A DNA stretch of 64,000 nucleotides from Eledone cirrhosa (lineage: Eukaryota): positions 249,054,001 through 249,118,000 of the forward strand of contig OZ024742.1 in the NCBI GenBank assembly GCA_964016885.1, in the 5' to 3' direction. The position numbers and the translations under genes are program-made. Under the pieces are notes generated by a model. It saw only the letters and a list, made by a program, of their open reading frames with translations. It made no database searches and was not told where the DNA came from. This document shows, piece after piece, positions 1-16,441 of the stretch. How positions within the stretch are numbered: position 1 is the stretch's first letter; every line of letters starts with the position of its first letter.

Positions 1-885
1 GATATCGCTAGATATAGACTAGTTGATTTATTTACTATAAAACATTCATTCTTCAAATTTTTCTAATTAATTACTCAGCGACGACCACGTAATCGGAGCT
101 TCCATCCATACCACCATCCTACCTACCACCACACCCTTTCTTCCCTCGGCCACTATCTCTTTTTATCTTAGGTTCAGGAGTTATTTTTTGGTAATCGTCT
201 GTAAAGAATTGTTAATGAATAAAACACTGTAATCTTCTAGAGAATTCTTCAGATCCTCATTAGTGTCATAGCTAACCTGATGCCACATTGTATCTGCTAA
301 ATCATTGTTTTTTGTTATTGTTGCTACTGTTGTTAATATTGAAGTAGTCTTGTTGCAGTTTTTAATATTGTTGCAGTAATAATTATTGTTGTTGTAGTTG
401 AAGCTGTTGCTGTTGCTACTGCTACAGTTGTTATGCTGTTGTTAGTTATTTTGGATATAGCTATTGTTGTTGTTAATATTCTATATGTTGTTATAGTTGT
501 TTTTAATATTGTTGATGTTGTATTTTCAGATTGTGTTGTGGTTGTCATTTCAAATATTGTAATAACTATTGTAGGTGTGTGTGTGTTTGTATGTGTGCGT
601 AAATCTTTCTTTGAACGCAGTATAGTCGATTGGTTGAGGTTAGCCTCAAAATTCAAAGGAGCAGCCTTGTCACACAATATCAAAGTGAATCTCCACGAGA
701 ATTATGTTAGGGGTAAACGAGTCTAAGGGATTCTCAACCACTTACACCTTAATTTCATGAGCAAGTTGTTTCGTTAATTGAAAGATTGGGATACTCATCG
801 TCGGATCGACAGAGGTCCATTTCCTTTTATACCCCTCTCTGTGTCTGCGCCTTCATCTCTGTGTGTATTTGTGTTGGTATCTCAG

Positions 886-1066
<181 letters not shown>

Positions 1067-1741
1067 ATTCCACTTTTGTTTCTGAAAAATCCTTTCCGTT
1101 TTGTAATGCCAAAAAGTTAGAGTTAATAACAAAATTAATAATAACAAGAATAATATCAGTTTCTGACATAAATATGAGAACAGATAGTTGAACACATCGT
1201 GGAATAGCTATGTGGTAGCGTACATGCTATTCATGAGGTATATAAGGAAATGAGGAGATAGAAATGTTTTCTACAATGAGAGCAACGATATAGACTTACG
1301 AATAACATCGACAACTACGTCCTTTGTTGGCGTAGCTTCTAGACTGTGAAGAATTAAGTAGAAGAATGGTACTTGGTGTGCTATTTCGCGAAAGACCATG
1401 CCTTTTTCTCCGTGGAGTTCAGCAAGGTGTGGGGGAAGATTACAGTACCATTTTGCTGTTGTTGCTGTTGTTGTTATCATCATTAGCTCGGGGAATATAG
1501 AAAATCGTGAGAATATCGGACAAGTGCTTGGCAATATTTAATTATGGCGTTTTACGTTCTGTGTTCAAATCCCTATGCGGTGAACTTTACTTTTTTTCTT
1601 CTGGGGTCGATAAAATAAAGTACCACTTAATTACAGAAGTCGATATATTCGACTTTTCCCATATCCCAAATTGGTGGCCTTGGGCCCAAAACAGATTTAC
1701 TGATGAATTAATTCATTGATATCTTTTTTTCTGCCAAACAG

Positions 1742-1883
1742 GTAATAACGTCTTCAAGAAGAATCAACTCGACATGGTTAAACAATGATATATACAGAAT
1801 GAAGAGTGTACAGTGTTCTTCTATGCCAGATATAGAACTTTTGTCAGCGAGAAAGCCGAAGGCTTCTCTCTATTTACAAGACA
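1742..1883 (+). CDS. Internal coding exon of an unidentified host gene (VITSSRRINSTWLNNDIYRMKSVQCSSMPDIELLSARKPKASLYLQD)
   Basis: Polypyrimidine tract plus AG acceptor (tctttttttctgccaaacag) and GTAAGT donor at 1884. The 142 nt are open in phase 0 and end in phase 1, matching the exon at 12190. Confidence 0.6.
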
Positions 1884-1980
1884 GTAAGTAGACCGTCTTC
1901 CTGATTTTTATTATTTCTCACATTAACTAATAAAAACATATTTAGCGCGAGAGTCGAGTTTCCAATACGTATATATATAT

Positions 1981-2074
1981 GAGAACATTTAGGACACCGA
2001 CGGCTGAGCACCGGACGTTTCGACAGTTTCATGAGACTGGTATGTTACCACACCCTATCTGATCGAATATTAAC

Positions 2075-2077
<3 letters not shown>
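1981..2077 (-). mobile_element. PLE pseudo-LTR fragment related to family A, inside (TA)n
   Basis: Minus strand gtcgaaacgtccggtgctcagccgtcggtg resembles the family A hammerhead 3' half gtcgaaacggcttgagctcagccgtcgggg. Confidence 0.45.
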
Positions 2078-2144
<67 letters not shown>

Positions 2145-2667
2145 CTAATTATAACATATGGAGAAGGAATACACGAGTTGGAATATATATATATATATAT
2201 AAATAGGGGGGAAAAACGATTATTAGGAAGAAAAATATATTCTCTTCCTTTATTTTTTTCTCTTTTTTCTGGGTTAGAAAATGTTTAAAACAAAATATTT
2301 AACTCTGTGTCAAGTGTTAAGGTATTTGTTAATTTATTCATTAATTACCAATAGCATTTATTTATTTATTTAATAATTATCAATTACTCACAATTATGTG
2401 AGTGGGAGAGACAAAAAGGTGGGGAGTTTGTATTGGTATAAAATGTAGGAGAGAAGATAAGGTGATATTGAACATGTTATTGAAATGGGAAAGAAAGAAT
2501 ATTATTTACAAACAAGGTTTATGAAGTAAAAAAAAAGGGTGATGTGGAACATGATAAGGTAATGGGAAAGAAAGAATAATATTATTTACAGGCATGGTTC
2601 TTGAGGATAAGCAGTTAAAAAAGTGTTATTATGGCAGGAGCGCTTGTAGGAGTTAATCCATGATGGT

Positions 2668-2734
<67 letters not shown>

Positions 2735-2740
<6 letters not shown>

Positions 2741-3271
2741 GAAAAAAATGAAATTTCATTTCTCACTCTTAGTACGGCTGATGCTTAAATGTAAGAAGTA
2801 ATTTGATTGGTTGGTCAATAAGTATAATACAATTTCGCGCCAGTTCGCGTTACAAAGTTCTTCAAACAGGGGGGGGCTCAGGTTGTTTTTTCATATATGA
2901 GTGTTTGAATTTCTTTTTACTTTAAAAAAGGGGGCTCACGAAGGCTTTTTTTTTTTCATAAATGTAATTTGATTGGTTATAAATGAAATTATGGTGTCAC
3001 GTGAACAAGTTCATTACATTTCGCACCCATATTTGGGAATTTATTTTGTAGCATTTTAGAGAATTTTATGACAAACAAAAGATAATGGTCAAGAGGAATG
3101 GGATGGGAGAATTGTTCTGGTCAGTGAATATAGCAGGTTGTTTTTTCATATATTAGTGAAGTTTGGTTGGTTGATGTAGTCATGTGAATAAGTATATCAG
3201 CTTTCGCGTAAGTTTGTTGGAATTTCTTTTTACTTTAAAAAAAGTGGCTCATGAAGGCTTTGTTTAAATAA

Positions 3272-3275
<4 letters not shown>
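2735..3275 (-). mobile_element. (TA)n-inserted element whose end matches the 61-62 kb retrozyme-like family; internal partial tandem repeats
   Basis: aaatttcatttctcactcttagtacggctg matches ~61099-61129; internal blocks repeat at ~2880 and ~3137. Confidence 0.5.
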
Positions 3276-3335
<60 letters not shown>

Positions 3336-4559
3336 TATTCGACCTGTTTGCATTTATCAATGTTGTGCTATTAACTATGGCCACATACATTTAATCGTTT
3401 TATTCTTTCTGTCACACTTTCTTAACTTTTTGCTTATTCTGGATGAAAATGTATTAACTTTTCACACCATTGACAGCTTTGTGACCTCCTCAAACAATTC
3501 GATTCGCATCTGCTATACTGCGGCTACAACTTCGATCTATGCCAATATTACTATATTGTATACTATATTATTATTATCATTATTAATTCAGTGTGTATCT
3601 CATCAGATACGCACACACACTCTCTGCCTCCCCTCTCTCTTCCTCTCTCTCTCTCTTTCTCTCTCTCACTATATATATATATATATATATAAACGTTGGC
3701 GTTTGTTTTTTTTTTGTTTTGTTTTTTAATATTTGGAATTGTAGCACATGTTATATACGTGTGTGAAGAGAGAGAGAGAGCCAGAGAGGGGGAGAGAGAG
3801 AGAGGGGGCAAGCGTTCACCAAGTAGATGGTATCTCCTGTTCCCTGAAACAATGTAGGTCCCCGTTTGAAGAAACATGTAGCTGTGTCTGATTACCTTTC
3901 TTGTCAAGTTTCAACATGATTGGTTTACTGGTTTTTGAGTGCATTGGTAACATATAGACCAATAAACAAGTAATTTTATATATAGATAGTCTTCACTTTA
4001 TCTTAAAAAACAACTATTTCACGTTCGATGAGACAGCCTCCTGAAAAAAATCAGGAACAGTCGCTGTAATAAAAGTTGTTTCTACATATGTCAACCAAGT
4101 CATGTAATGGCATGTATATACGAACAATCTTCACAAATATATGGGGATGAATTTAGCTGTTTTATAAAAGAAAACTTGAGAAGATACCTAAATAACTGAT
4201 TTATTTTGCGGAGGGAAATTTTGGGTAAACTGAAAAGTCTTCCCAAATATCGTCAATAATAGAATCCCTAACATGTTGTTCATTATAAACTTGAGTAACA
4301 CAAAATGTGTCTCTCTTTTGATACACTTATAACAAAAAGTTAGAAAAAACTAGGAACTGATATATATTTCAAACTTATGGACTCCCGACAACACCTCCTT
4401 TTTACATTTTCTCACCCAAAACACACCCGGACCAATATCGTATTTAAGTTAACAAAGACAAATCGACAAAACACCACCGGTTAGAAGAGACAAAACAATA
4501 TTCAAGAGGAAATATCATTGTCTCTTCTCTTCGTCTTCGCTCACTTATTCCTGAGAGGG

Positions 4560-6330
4560 TCATATCGGCATGATCCTCAAACATTTCTTCTAGCTGGTCC
4601 TGTTAGAAGCAACCATCTCCCTCTTGCCCGGGTTTGCACCTGAATCTCCTGCCGGATAGTTTTGCCCGTACACTCTAGCGATTCTTTCCTGAGACATTCT
4701 AACCACAAGCCCATTGTATCGGAGCTGTGATCCCTCAATTCTGAGAAGTAGCGGTACTATTTGCAGTGTATCTTTGATCTCCGAGCTATGCACTCTATCG
4801 AGTAACGTTACTCCAAAATCTCATCAGGGGAACCACATACCGGCCGCTTGTATTCGCGATCGTATTCTTTCGGTTATTACTCAAGATTCATTATCATAGC
4901 TAAGGTTTGGCACGAGTACCGAATTGAAGACAGGGAACCTGGCCGCCACACCCACCTCCCTACCCCCGATTACAAATGCTGAAGCTGGTGCATTACTGCA
5001 CCTGCTCCTGCAATTCGTGCCTCCTGCCTTCCATCCCTTGCGAATACGACCACGAGATACATGAAATTCTCCCCCCCCCCCTTCAGTGGAAGTCCATTTA
5101 CATGTAGAGTGCACTGCACAGGCTTCCTGTAGGTGACAAGATTCTCAGATATCGTAACACTTGTTTCCATTCCATCCATGCAGCACTCGGCATCAAACCT
5201 ATCAAGTGCAAGTCGGAGCCAGCTGAATTTACACCCACCATTAATGATAATTCTTCCAACCCGGCTGCGTATGTTAATCCTGTTCATGTAAATGATAAAA
5301 AGTTGAGGTGACAGTACGCACCCTTGTCGGAATCATATTTACACATTGAATTGTTTTGATTAAGCATCATTTATCCGAACACAAATACTTGGGCATACGT
5401 ACAGAGACATCAGGACAGCAAGGAGCTGACCATCGATCCCATACTCCTGCAGACCATCCCACAGTAGGTCTCGAGGAAATCGATCATATGCCTTTTCAAG
5501 ATTGACAAAACAAAAATAAAGCTCTTGGCAATACTCCTAGTATTTCTCGAAGACCTGCCGCAGTGTGAATATTTGCTCGGATGTGCTGCGTCCAGGGCGA
5601 AAACCACACTGTTCATCAGCTTACTTGGACTCTTTACCAGACACTTAGCATAGACTTTACCGGGAGGTTTAACAAGAAGATCCCTCTGTGATTGGGACAA
5701 TCTCTCTTGTATCCCTTTTTAAAAATTTGGATTATCATTCTCTATAGTCATTCCTTAGGTGCCTTTCCCGAGATCCAGGCCATCCGGCACACACGAGTCA
5801 ACCAGAGAACACTTTGTCTATCTCAGGCTTTTAAGATTTCATCTTCCACAGCGACCTTGCTACATTTGAACAATTTAAATGCTCTGGTTGCCTTAGCCAC
5901 TGAGAGATTAGCCACCACTCACAGATGCACCTCGTGTACTTCCGAAGAGGCTATTGTGATCGGGTTTAGGGGATCAGAAAAGTATTCTCTTCACCTCGTA
6001 AGGATGCACCTGCTGAAGAGAGGAGAACCACAACGCGTTCTTGATAGAAGGTGTGGAAGAGGTCTACTTATTACGATAACGCGGATGTTTTGCCCGAACA
6101 CTTTACTAGCTGATCTGAAGTCGGATTCCAGCTTAACTCCAAAGTCTTCCCTTGTCTTAACTTTGGACGCCTTTACTGTCTCTGCTGCGATTATTCGTGC
6201 TTGCTTGTACTGCAAGTGCAAGAAAGAGGATTTATTTCTAAGCCAAGCTTTCTAAGCCTCTTTCTTTGCTCGGATGTAATCTTTGACCTCTTGATTTAAC
6301 AAAGTCTGCACACAATAAAAAATAAGGAGC
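4560..6330 (-). mobile_element. Decayed RTE-clade LINE (RT region)
   Basis: Fragments NQEVKDYIRAKKEA, LLVKPPGKVYAKCL, RQGCVLSP and LRLALDRFDAEC; many stops and frameshifts; similar to 52780-53935. Confidence 0.8.
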
Positions 6331-6339
6331 CGTACGCAA

Positions 6340-9300
6340 TAAAAACCTTTCTGTGTCAACATATACAGATTTGCAGATGACGAACCTTGAATTGTGATGT
6401 TTTCCCATTCTATCCTTGCAGCTATTCGATATCGGATCAAAAACACCTTGATAAGGAAATGAACTCGTTAATCTTTAACAAATATACTACTGGTAGTCCG
6501 AGCAACTTTACCGGTCCGTCTGTTCAGCGCCGAATGAAGCTGTTGGATGGCATGTACTTGCCTCTCCTGGTGCCGAGCTACAAGCCTAGCGACATTTCAT
6601 GTTTTAGTTTCGCTCCCGTCAACTTTTCTTATTCCTCCAAGAAGGTGCAGACCACCTCGATTTCCGAGGTGTTTGACAGCATCACCGTAATGTCGTCCGC
6701 ATATGTCGATAGAGCTTTTGTGCGTCCCATTTCGAGTGGGATACACTGCAACAGCTCTAGCTTCCGTAGTAAAGGCTAGAGAGTCAATACGTACAGAAGA
6801 TAGGAGAGAAGGCACATTTGGCGAAACGATCGGTATATCTGAAATGCATTGAGGACAGCCTCCAGGTGTTGACGGCTGACCCTATCTAAAGGTTTTGATT
6901 GATCTAAATTGAGCAGAGATCCACCGAAGCCAGGTTTACACACTACCCTTTCTATGATGTAACGCATGAGGTGGAGATTGTCGCGTGTAGACCTGGTCGT
7001 GATTGCGCAAGTTTGCACTCCCCTACCAAATTCTCGACGACAAGCGCGAACCTCTTCACTAACGCCTTAGCCAAAATCTTAAACTCAGTGTTGATCAGAG
7101 TTATGGACTCGAAGTTGTCTAACATTTCCTTCTTGTCCTCATCTTTCCTTATAAGCGAACAGGTTTAGTTCCCTCGTTTTCTAGAGCACGCATCTTTGCT
7201 CTGACAATGCAACCTTTCACATCAAAGTTATGGCTAATGTCATTCTCACCGCTAGCACGTCAGTTGCAATGCCACTACAAATAGCCTCGTCTAATATAGG
7301 TACCAGTTCTACCTCTTTTCTATTTTTCTCCAATGCTACTGTTTTGCTAAAACCTATCGAAATTACTCTCTCTCTTTCTTGAAAGTCCCCCACCACCTGT
7401 AAACTTTTGCTTAACTAAATTGTTGACCCCGTCCCTGTAAGTCTTACGTGCCAGAAACGATATATCCAGCTTCCAATAACCAGGTTCTAACCAGCAAGTC
7501 TTCTTTAAGTCGACCTTACAGATCACAATTTTGTGGCCTCAGTAGGTGACCGTTTGAAAATGTGTATACTCTATACTATTCTTATATATTGAGCTAATGA
7601 AAAATCTATCTATATACGATGACCCTAAGCAGTTGGTCATGTCCACACTGGCAAGTTACGGAAAACTAAACGGTACCTGTGAGACAGTTGGATCTGGCTG
7701 ATTAGGTACTTTAGACTTTTGCACACTCCGCTCCTATCAGCTACTCCCATACAATCCCAGCGTGCGTCTAAGATGTCGTTCTAACCCCCAGCTAGCAGTA
7801 TAGGCGTCCCGAAAGGCTTCTAGGCGCCTAAAGACGTTCGTCCGTCCGACCCCATTCCAGGGCATAGACAGCCACCTGTCTAATGACATCAGCTACACAA
7901 TTGTTCACGTGCAAGACCACCAACTTACCGTGCGGGTCCCGGAAGATCGACCTTACCTCGAGATTCCAGCCTTACCTAAACAGCACTGTCTCCCCATCTT
8001 TCATTCTCGGTCGACTAAGAAATGCGAAGATCTGATAATCGTTGAAAATGGGGGCTAGTGCGCGCATGTCGGAAATCATGGTCTCACTGACGGCAATCGC
8101 ATCCATAATTAGCGATCTAAGTTCATTGAGCAGGCAAACCTTCTTCCAGGACGACACTAGGCCATGAACATTTAAACAACCTACTATTAGGATGGCCATG
8201 TACGCGGGCTAAATGAAAAGAGAAAATATTTAGTTATTTCCCGGGGGATTGTGGAGGTCGGGTGGTTCGACCTCCATGGTTGGTGGGTATTCCATTGGGA
8301 ACCGCTTTAAGAGCCTACTGGAGGCTTTCACATTCGGCGTCCCCATGTCGTCGGGAAATCTTTATTGGGATCCACACCATCAGCTGGTTTTGGGGGTTCT
8401 TTGAAGATGCAGATGCTAAAAATCTCTCCCTCGTTCTCAATGTCTTGACTTCGTGTTACAAGAGCCATGAATTTTTTTTTTTTTTTTGGCCTTCCTTAAT
8501 AACTGTTGCTACTTTAGGCACAAGGCCAGCAATCACCCAGTGCATTACTGGTACTTTATTTTATCGACCCCGTAAGGATGAAAGGCAAAGTCAACCTCGG
8601 CGGGATTTGAATTCAGATCGTAAAGGGACGTAACTATGCTGGAGAGCATGGCGTCAAACCCTCTACAGATACTGCCAATCCACCGCCCTTGGCCTTCCTT
8701 CATAACAAGAATTTGGGTGTGTTTGTCATTGTTGGTGTCTGCGTGTGTTTTATTTTGTTGGGCATGGTTTGTGGTTGTGTCGATATTATTGGCGTTTGGG
8801 GTGTTGTTGTTGTTGTATGTGTGTCTGTGTTTGCTGTGGATGTGTATGGAGCTGAATTTTACTTTTTCTTTTTTTCTCTTCTCCTTTTTGAGAGTCACCT
8901 TCATTTTCACTTGGAGATGTGGAGAAACAGGTGTCTGGGGCCTCTGTATCAGAGGGGAGTGGGAGTCTGTTTACGGGTGTGTGAATGTTGCTCTCTGTGT
9001 GTGTGTTTGAAAGATGTTTAAAAGAATACTCTTAAGTGAGTTGTTTCACCGCAGACGAATTGATTTGGCCGTTTGTTCTCGGACATTACGTGTAGGACAG
9101 ATATGATCCGGGTATTTTCTCACTTCTACAGGCCGTATCTGCAGATGTATCTCCAGTTCAACCCCGAACCAGTCCTCCCTGGCTGTACTTGTTACCTCGA
9201 TCAGGACGGTATCCATCTCCTCCTCGATCACGCAATCCTACGATCCACCACATGTCTATTCATCGGGGAATCATAGGAATGTGGATTCTCACTGATCTTT

Positions 9301-9700
9301 TTCCCATGTTGGAGGGGTACATAATAACCTTGCTGGTTTTGAAAGGGGTCATCCGGTGTTTAATAGCGTGGATTTCAGGCTTAAACAATACCCAAATGGT
9401 GCCGTATTGTCTGCCCCTCACTATGAACTCAGTGTCATCCCCGTTATTCTCCTGCGCAGCTTCAATTTCGGGTTGGGCTATTATTGTCACTTTTTTCGCT
9501 TGGATTGAAATGAATCTGAAATTCACCGTTCTTCTCTCCATCGCTTCTATGGCTTCCGTCGAGGCATTTAAGTTGGCCCAGGTTTGCTCTTATTTGATGA
9601 ACATACATGCCTGAGACAACTTTTTATCTTTCTCGCTGAGGTCCATGCTGAAGCATGGCCTCTTTTCGGATGCTACAGCAGCAAAAGTTTTGTCGTTGTT
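6340..9700 (-). mobile_element. Decayed L1/Tx1-like LINE (ORF1 remnant ~9050-9650; ORF2 APE endonuclease from 8199; RT ~6600-7150)
   Basis: MAILIVGCLNVHGL...AIAVSET (APE N-terminus), DNLHLMRYIIERV...LLNLDQSKPLDRV and TYADDITV at ~6700; interrupted by a SINE. Confidence 0.8.
8498..8688 (-). mobile_element. tRNA-derived SINE (MetaSINE-like central domain) with TSD
   Basis: A box tggcagtatc, B box gaattcaaatcc, core gcctttcatccttacggggtcgataaaataaagtacc; TSD ttggccttcctt. Confidence 0.9.
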
Positions 9701-9902
9701 TGTGATGTTGTACTTGGTGTTGTCATTGTAGTTGATCCTGTCGTTGCTGTTGTCACTGTTGCAGTTGGTGTTGTTCTTGGTGCAGTTGTTGTTTTCGTTG
9801 AAACGTTGCTGCTTGTTTATTTATTTATTACACATCTCTCTTTCTATATATATACAATCTTTATCCAGTCCTCCATCCATCTTGGACTTAGTATTTATTA
9901 CT

Positions 9903-9967
<65 letters not shown>

Positions 9968-10096
9968 GGGGGGGAGGGGGTTCAAAAGTAGCAATACATA
10001 GGATATTTTTAAGTTTCTGTATTTATTTATTTTGAATAAATTGTTTCGTATAAAACATTATTTTTCTTTATGTATCTCGACATTTGGGCCACCCTG

Positions 10097-10174
<78 letters not shown>

Positions 10175-10586
10175 TGTGTGTGTGTCTGTGTGTGTGTGTG
10201 TGTGCATATATATGTATGTATGTGTATATGTGTGTATGTTTGTGTGTGTATGCGCGTTTGCATTAGTATTCCTATTATGCCTGGCGCTTTGTATTCTCAG
10301 CCCATAACTCATAGATGTGCTGAAATATATAAATGCATAAATATCTGATCACTGACAAAAAAATATTATTTAGATTACACCTTCCCAACAAATTCTATTA
10401 GTCAATGTGTGCTCAGCCTGTGTTATAGTTTATATAGTTTATACAATGGAATACGGCTACCTACAAATCTATCGGTAACATTTATTACCGGAAACAGGAA
10501 ATGTTTTATGACGGGTGGGTGATATAGATATAGGGAAACAGATAGCTCAGGGTGAAGGGTGTGTACGTATGTATGTTATGTATACA

Positions 10587-10649
<63 letters not shown>

Positions 10650-10666
10650 ATTTATGTATATATATA

Positions 10667-10738
<72 letters not shown>

Positions 10739-10740
10739 AT

Positions 10741-10927
10741 ATAACGTAGGAGGTGTGGTAAGGAACCAGATGGACCATAACGCACCAGAGTACTCAGTAC
10801 TTAGGGTAGTAGAGTGGGTAATAGGAAAATGTATAACCCCGACGGCAGAGCTCGAGCCCTTTCGACGGTCCAGAATTAGCTGCCGAAACGGTTTGAGCTC
10901 TGCCGTCGGGGTTGTACATTTTCCTAT
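10741..10927 (-). mobile_element. Family A PLE pseudo-LTR fold-back insertion in (TA)n
   Basis: Inverted arms around ~10869 plus a ~75-nt unpaired tail; matches 31010-31148. Confidence 0.85.
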
Positions 10928-11361
10928 ATATATATATATATATATATATACAAGCGCGTGCATTTAGAGAAGGAAAGTGAGTGATTGGAGAATAACTACA
11001 TACACAGATATACACTCATACACATATATGAAATATAAAAACAAAGCTATACATTGATCTCTGAGGCTATCTGTCTGCCCCCCCCCCCTCCTCTCTCTCT
11101 CTCTCTCACCACCTTCTCCCTCTTTCTCTTTCCTTCTCTTGATATACAACAATATACGTTTTTATCTGTCTTACATAACAAATGTAGATGTGTTAAAGTG
11201 TTTATCAGTTATATTGTCATTAATATATTTGCTCCAAATACAAAAATCCCTCGCACCCATTTCTAAACGAAACATAAACCGCAAAATGCAATCAAATGAC
11301 TTCATTACTGATATATTTTATACATAATGAAAGAGACAGTCACCATGTTTTATTATTTCGA

Positions 11362-11575
11362 TTGGCAGTATCGGTAGATGGTCGGACGCCATGCTTTGCA
11401 GCATAGAGTTACGGCCCTTTATGATCTGAGTTCAAATGCCGCCGGGGTTAACTTTGCTTTTCATCCTTACTGGGTGATAAAATAAAGTACCAGTCACGTC
11501 CTGGGGTCGATTTAATCGACTTTCCCCTCCCCCTCCAAATTACTGGCCTTGTGCCTAAACTAGAAAACATTATTT
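11362..11575 (+). mobile_element. tRNA-derived SINE
   Basis: Same A box, B box and core as the other copies. Confidence 0.9.
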
Positions 11576-12189
11576 AAACTTCTTGATACTAAACCGCCTG
11601 AAACCGACTTTGATCCTACGACAGAAAGCTATTTATTTTAACATTTTTGCATTTATCTCGCAACCTTCCATTGTAATTCGATGTCGGAAAATTTATTAAG
11701 TTATGTACCCAACATAAGCCTTATAATGAAAAGGTTAGTTATGTTTTACAAAATCATTTTGAATATTTTCAAAATTATTTGAAATGTATAGACAATGTCT
11801 TCTATTAGAAATATGAAATTGTTAAACTGTTTATATTTATCTAATAACATTCTCTCGTAATTGCTCAGAAGAATATCCTAACACAAGCTTCATAATGGGA
11901 GAAGTAAATTAATATAGCCTTCTAAATTTCTGATTACATTCTAAATTATTTGCAAAAAAAATCTAGTTCTTATATAAGTTATATTGGTTTTCTTTAATAC
12001 GGTAGATATTTATGGATTGGTAAGAAATGGCTTAAATATTAGATATTATATCAATAATTATACCATAGTGGTGCATGCATTTCGCAATTTCATCCCCTAA
12101 CAGAAAAGAACAAAAACAAATTAGGAAAATGTTGATTGCATCATTTTGTAATTCATAGTGTTTTATGATTTTTTTTATATATTTTTCAG

Positions 12190-12476
12190 ATGCTAAATCA
12201 AGATTTTGTAAGCCATACATTCTGTCAACCCGAAGTAGCTCTGGTGATGTCGCGAAAGTAGGTGGCAAGACACGCTATCATGTGGATTCTGACATTAGTA
12301 CTCGTACGTTGATTAACGTGCCAAGGGAGAGTAACCAGCGGTCCGACAAGCCGGACGTTCCAGAAACTAACGAATACGGTCGGGCAAAGGGCCGAGCCTC
12401 ATTCACGATATCTTCCATTAGCTTATTGATATCAACATGCTGGACAGCCGCATTATTACTATTCAGCCTTTCGTAA
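12190..12476 (+). CDS. Terminal coding exon of the same gene; probable GPI-anchor signal or C-terminal membrane tail
   Basis: Acceptor atttttcag, phase-1 start and open frame to TAA. C-terminus GRAKGRASFTISSISLLISTCWTAALLLFSLS has small residues, a spacer and a hydrophobic end with no cytoplasmic tail. Confidence 0.6.
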
Positions 12477-12808
12477 GAAAAAAAATGCAAACACACACTG
12501 TGTTACAAAAAATTATATATATATGTATGCATACATATAAATATATATATACATATATACTTACACTCATTTACACACACATACACAAACACATACATTC
12601 ACACACACACACGCATATATTTATAATTATATAAATTTAAATGCATATGTGTTTAAGTATATATACACATATATATATACACACATATATACATACATAT
12701 ATATATGAATGGCGATCTATATGTCTGGCTCGTTAAAATTAACATATATATATATATACATATATATATATACATGTGTGTGTCTGTGCATATATATACA
12801 TATGCATG

Positions 12809-12939
<131 letters not shown>

Positions 12940-13079
12940 ATATGTAAGTAGGTATATAAACAGTTGATTAAAATACGGGAGAAAAAGGTACTAAAAAAAA
13001 CATGTAGTAGAGTTTCTTAATTTATTCGAAGCTATGATCTCGGATGAATGGAAATATATATATACATACATATATTTGC

Positions 13080-13128
<49 letters not shown>

Positions 13129-13332
13129 AATATAAATTCAGCGAGAATCGTATATATATATATATATATACATATAATTACGGAAAAATATATATGGGTG
13201 ATATCGGTACGAACGCAAAAAATATTCATGTGGGCGTATATATCAGAATAATTTGTATGTTTCTATACGTAGGCCAAATCATACGTATATAAAAAAGACT
13301 TACACACAATTATACACTCAGACACAAATATT

Positions 13333-13374
<42 letters not shown>

Positions 13375-13501
13375 TACATATATATATATGCATGTATATA
13401 TATATATATATATGCATGTCTAAGATAAATACATTGTATAGAATTATGGTTATATATATTTGTACATACATACATATGTATATCCATACATGCATATATA
13501 T

Positions 13502-13573
<72 letters not shown>

Positions 13574-13735
13574 GTACATGTAAATATGAAGAGATAATTT
13601 AAAAACCTTTTACTTGGGTGAGGTTTTGAAAAGTAGACGCAATTTATGAAAAGAAAAATATGTATGACATACTGCAGTCGAATATCAAAATAATCTGTAA
13701 TTACACACACACACACACACACTCATACACACATT

Positions 13736-13928
<193 letters not shown>

Positions 13929-14206
13929 GTGTGTATATATATGTGTGTATTTATGCATATATCTCTCTATCTCTCTCTATATATATGTTTGTGTGTGTGT
14001 GTTTTTGTGTGTGTGTGTAATAGAAATGTATATGTGTGTGTATCTGTGACTTGCTCGTGGTGGTCTGCACATTCTGTATTTATTTTGCAAGATACTTCAC
14101 GTGATTTCTTGGTGCCTGTTCAATGGTAAATGTCTATTTCAGAGAGACATTCAAACATAAATACGCCGACTCTGTTAATACCATCCTTCTATGATATATA
14201 TTAATC

Positions 14207-14237
<31 letters not shown>

Positions 14238-14249
14238 CAATGGTAATTA

Positions 14250-14452
14250 GGGCCGTGGATTGCCAGTATCAGTAGAGTGTCAAACACCATAGAGTTATGG
14301 CCCTTTACATCTGAGTTCAAATTCCGCCCTGGTTAGCTTTCCCTTTCATCCTTACGGAGTCGATAAAATAAAGTACGAGTAATGTACTGGAGTCGATTTA
14401 ATCGTCTTTCCCCTCCTCCCAAATTGCTGGCCTTGTGCCTATACTAGAAATC

Positions 14453-14455
<3 letters not shown>
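14250..14455 (+). mobile_element. tRNA-derived SINE between (ATT)n tracts
   Basis: Same A box, B box and core; (ATT)n tail. Confidence 0.85.
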
Positions 14456-14503
<48 letters not shown>

Positions 14504-14912
14504 TTGAACAATCAATTTTCAATCAATTACTCTTATATTTTATCAACGTCTTTCACCAGAAAAATATGATCTTTTCAATGTCCTCTCCTATATTTTATGA
14601 TTGAATTAATGATCAATTGTAAAGGCTACAATGATACGGTGATATACTTTGACAAAACAAACACATATTTATTTAGTAGATGAATAACAAGGGATTGATC
14701 AAGAACCAGTGCGTTTTTATTTTTATTTTTGGCAGATTGGCCCTCTTAGATTTAAGTATATCTAATTATATTATTATTAATAATCCATTTTATTGTTATT
14801 AGATAATATGGGAATTTATTTATTACCATTCAATATTATTATCATACTCATCTCAAAAGGAGCATTTGCATTTAATTTAAATGCAAAACTTTTCCACATC
14901 TAGTATGCCTTG

Positions 14913-16021
<1,109 letters not shown>

Positions 16022-16150
16022 GGTAAGTTATTCCGGGTTGAATCTCATATATATTAAAACTATATATATATGTATATGTGTGTATGTTTATTTATATATA
16101 AATATATATATAAATATATATATCTATGTGTGTGTGTATATACATATATG

Positions 16151-16216
<66 letters not shown>

Positions 16217-16384
16217 TATATATACATACATGTATATATATGAATATATATGTATCTTATATATATTATATTATTTAACTATAATACACTCCGTATAGCT
16301 CTACATCTCGACACTGAAGTGAACCTAAACATCTTGTGCTCACCCGGGTGAACCTACATTAACTCAAAGTTACACTGGATATAT

Positions 16385-16441
<57 letters not shown>

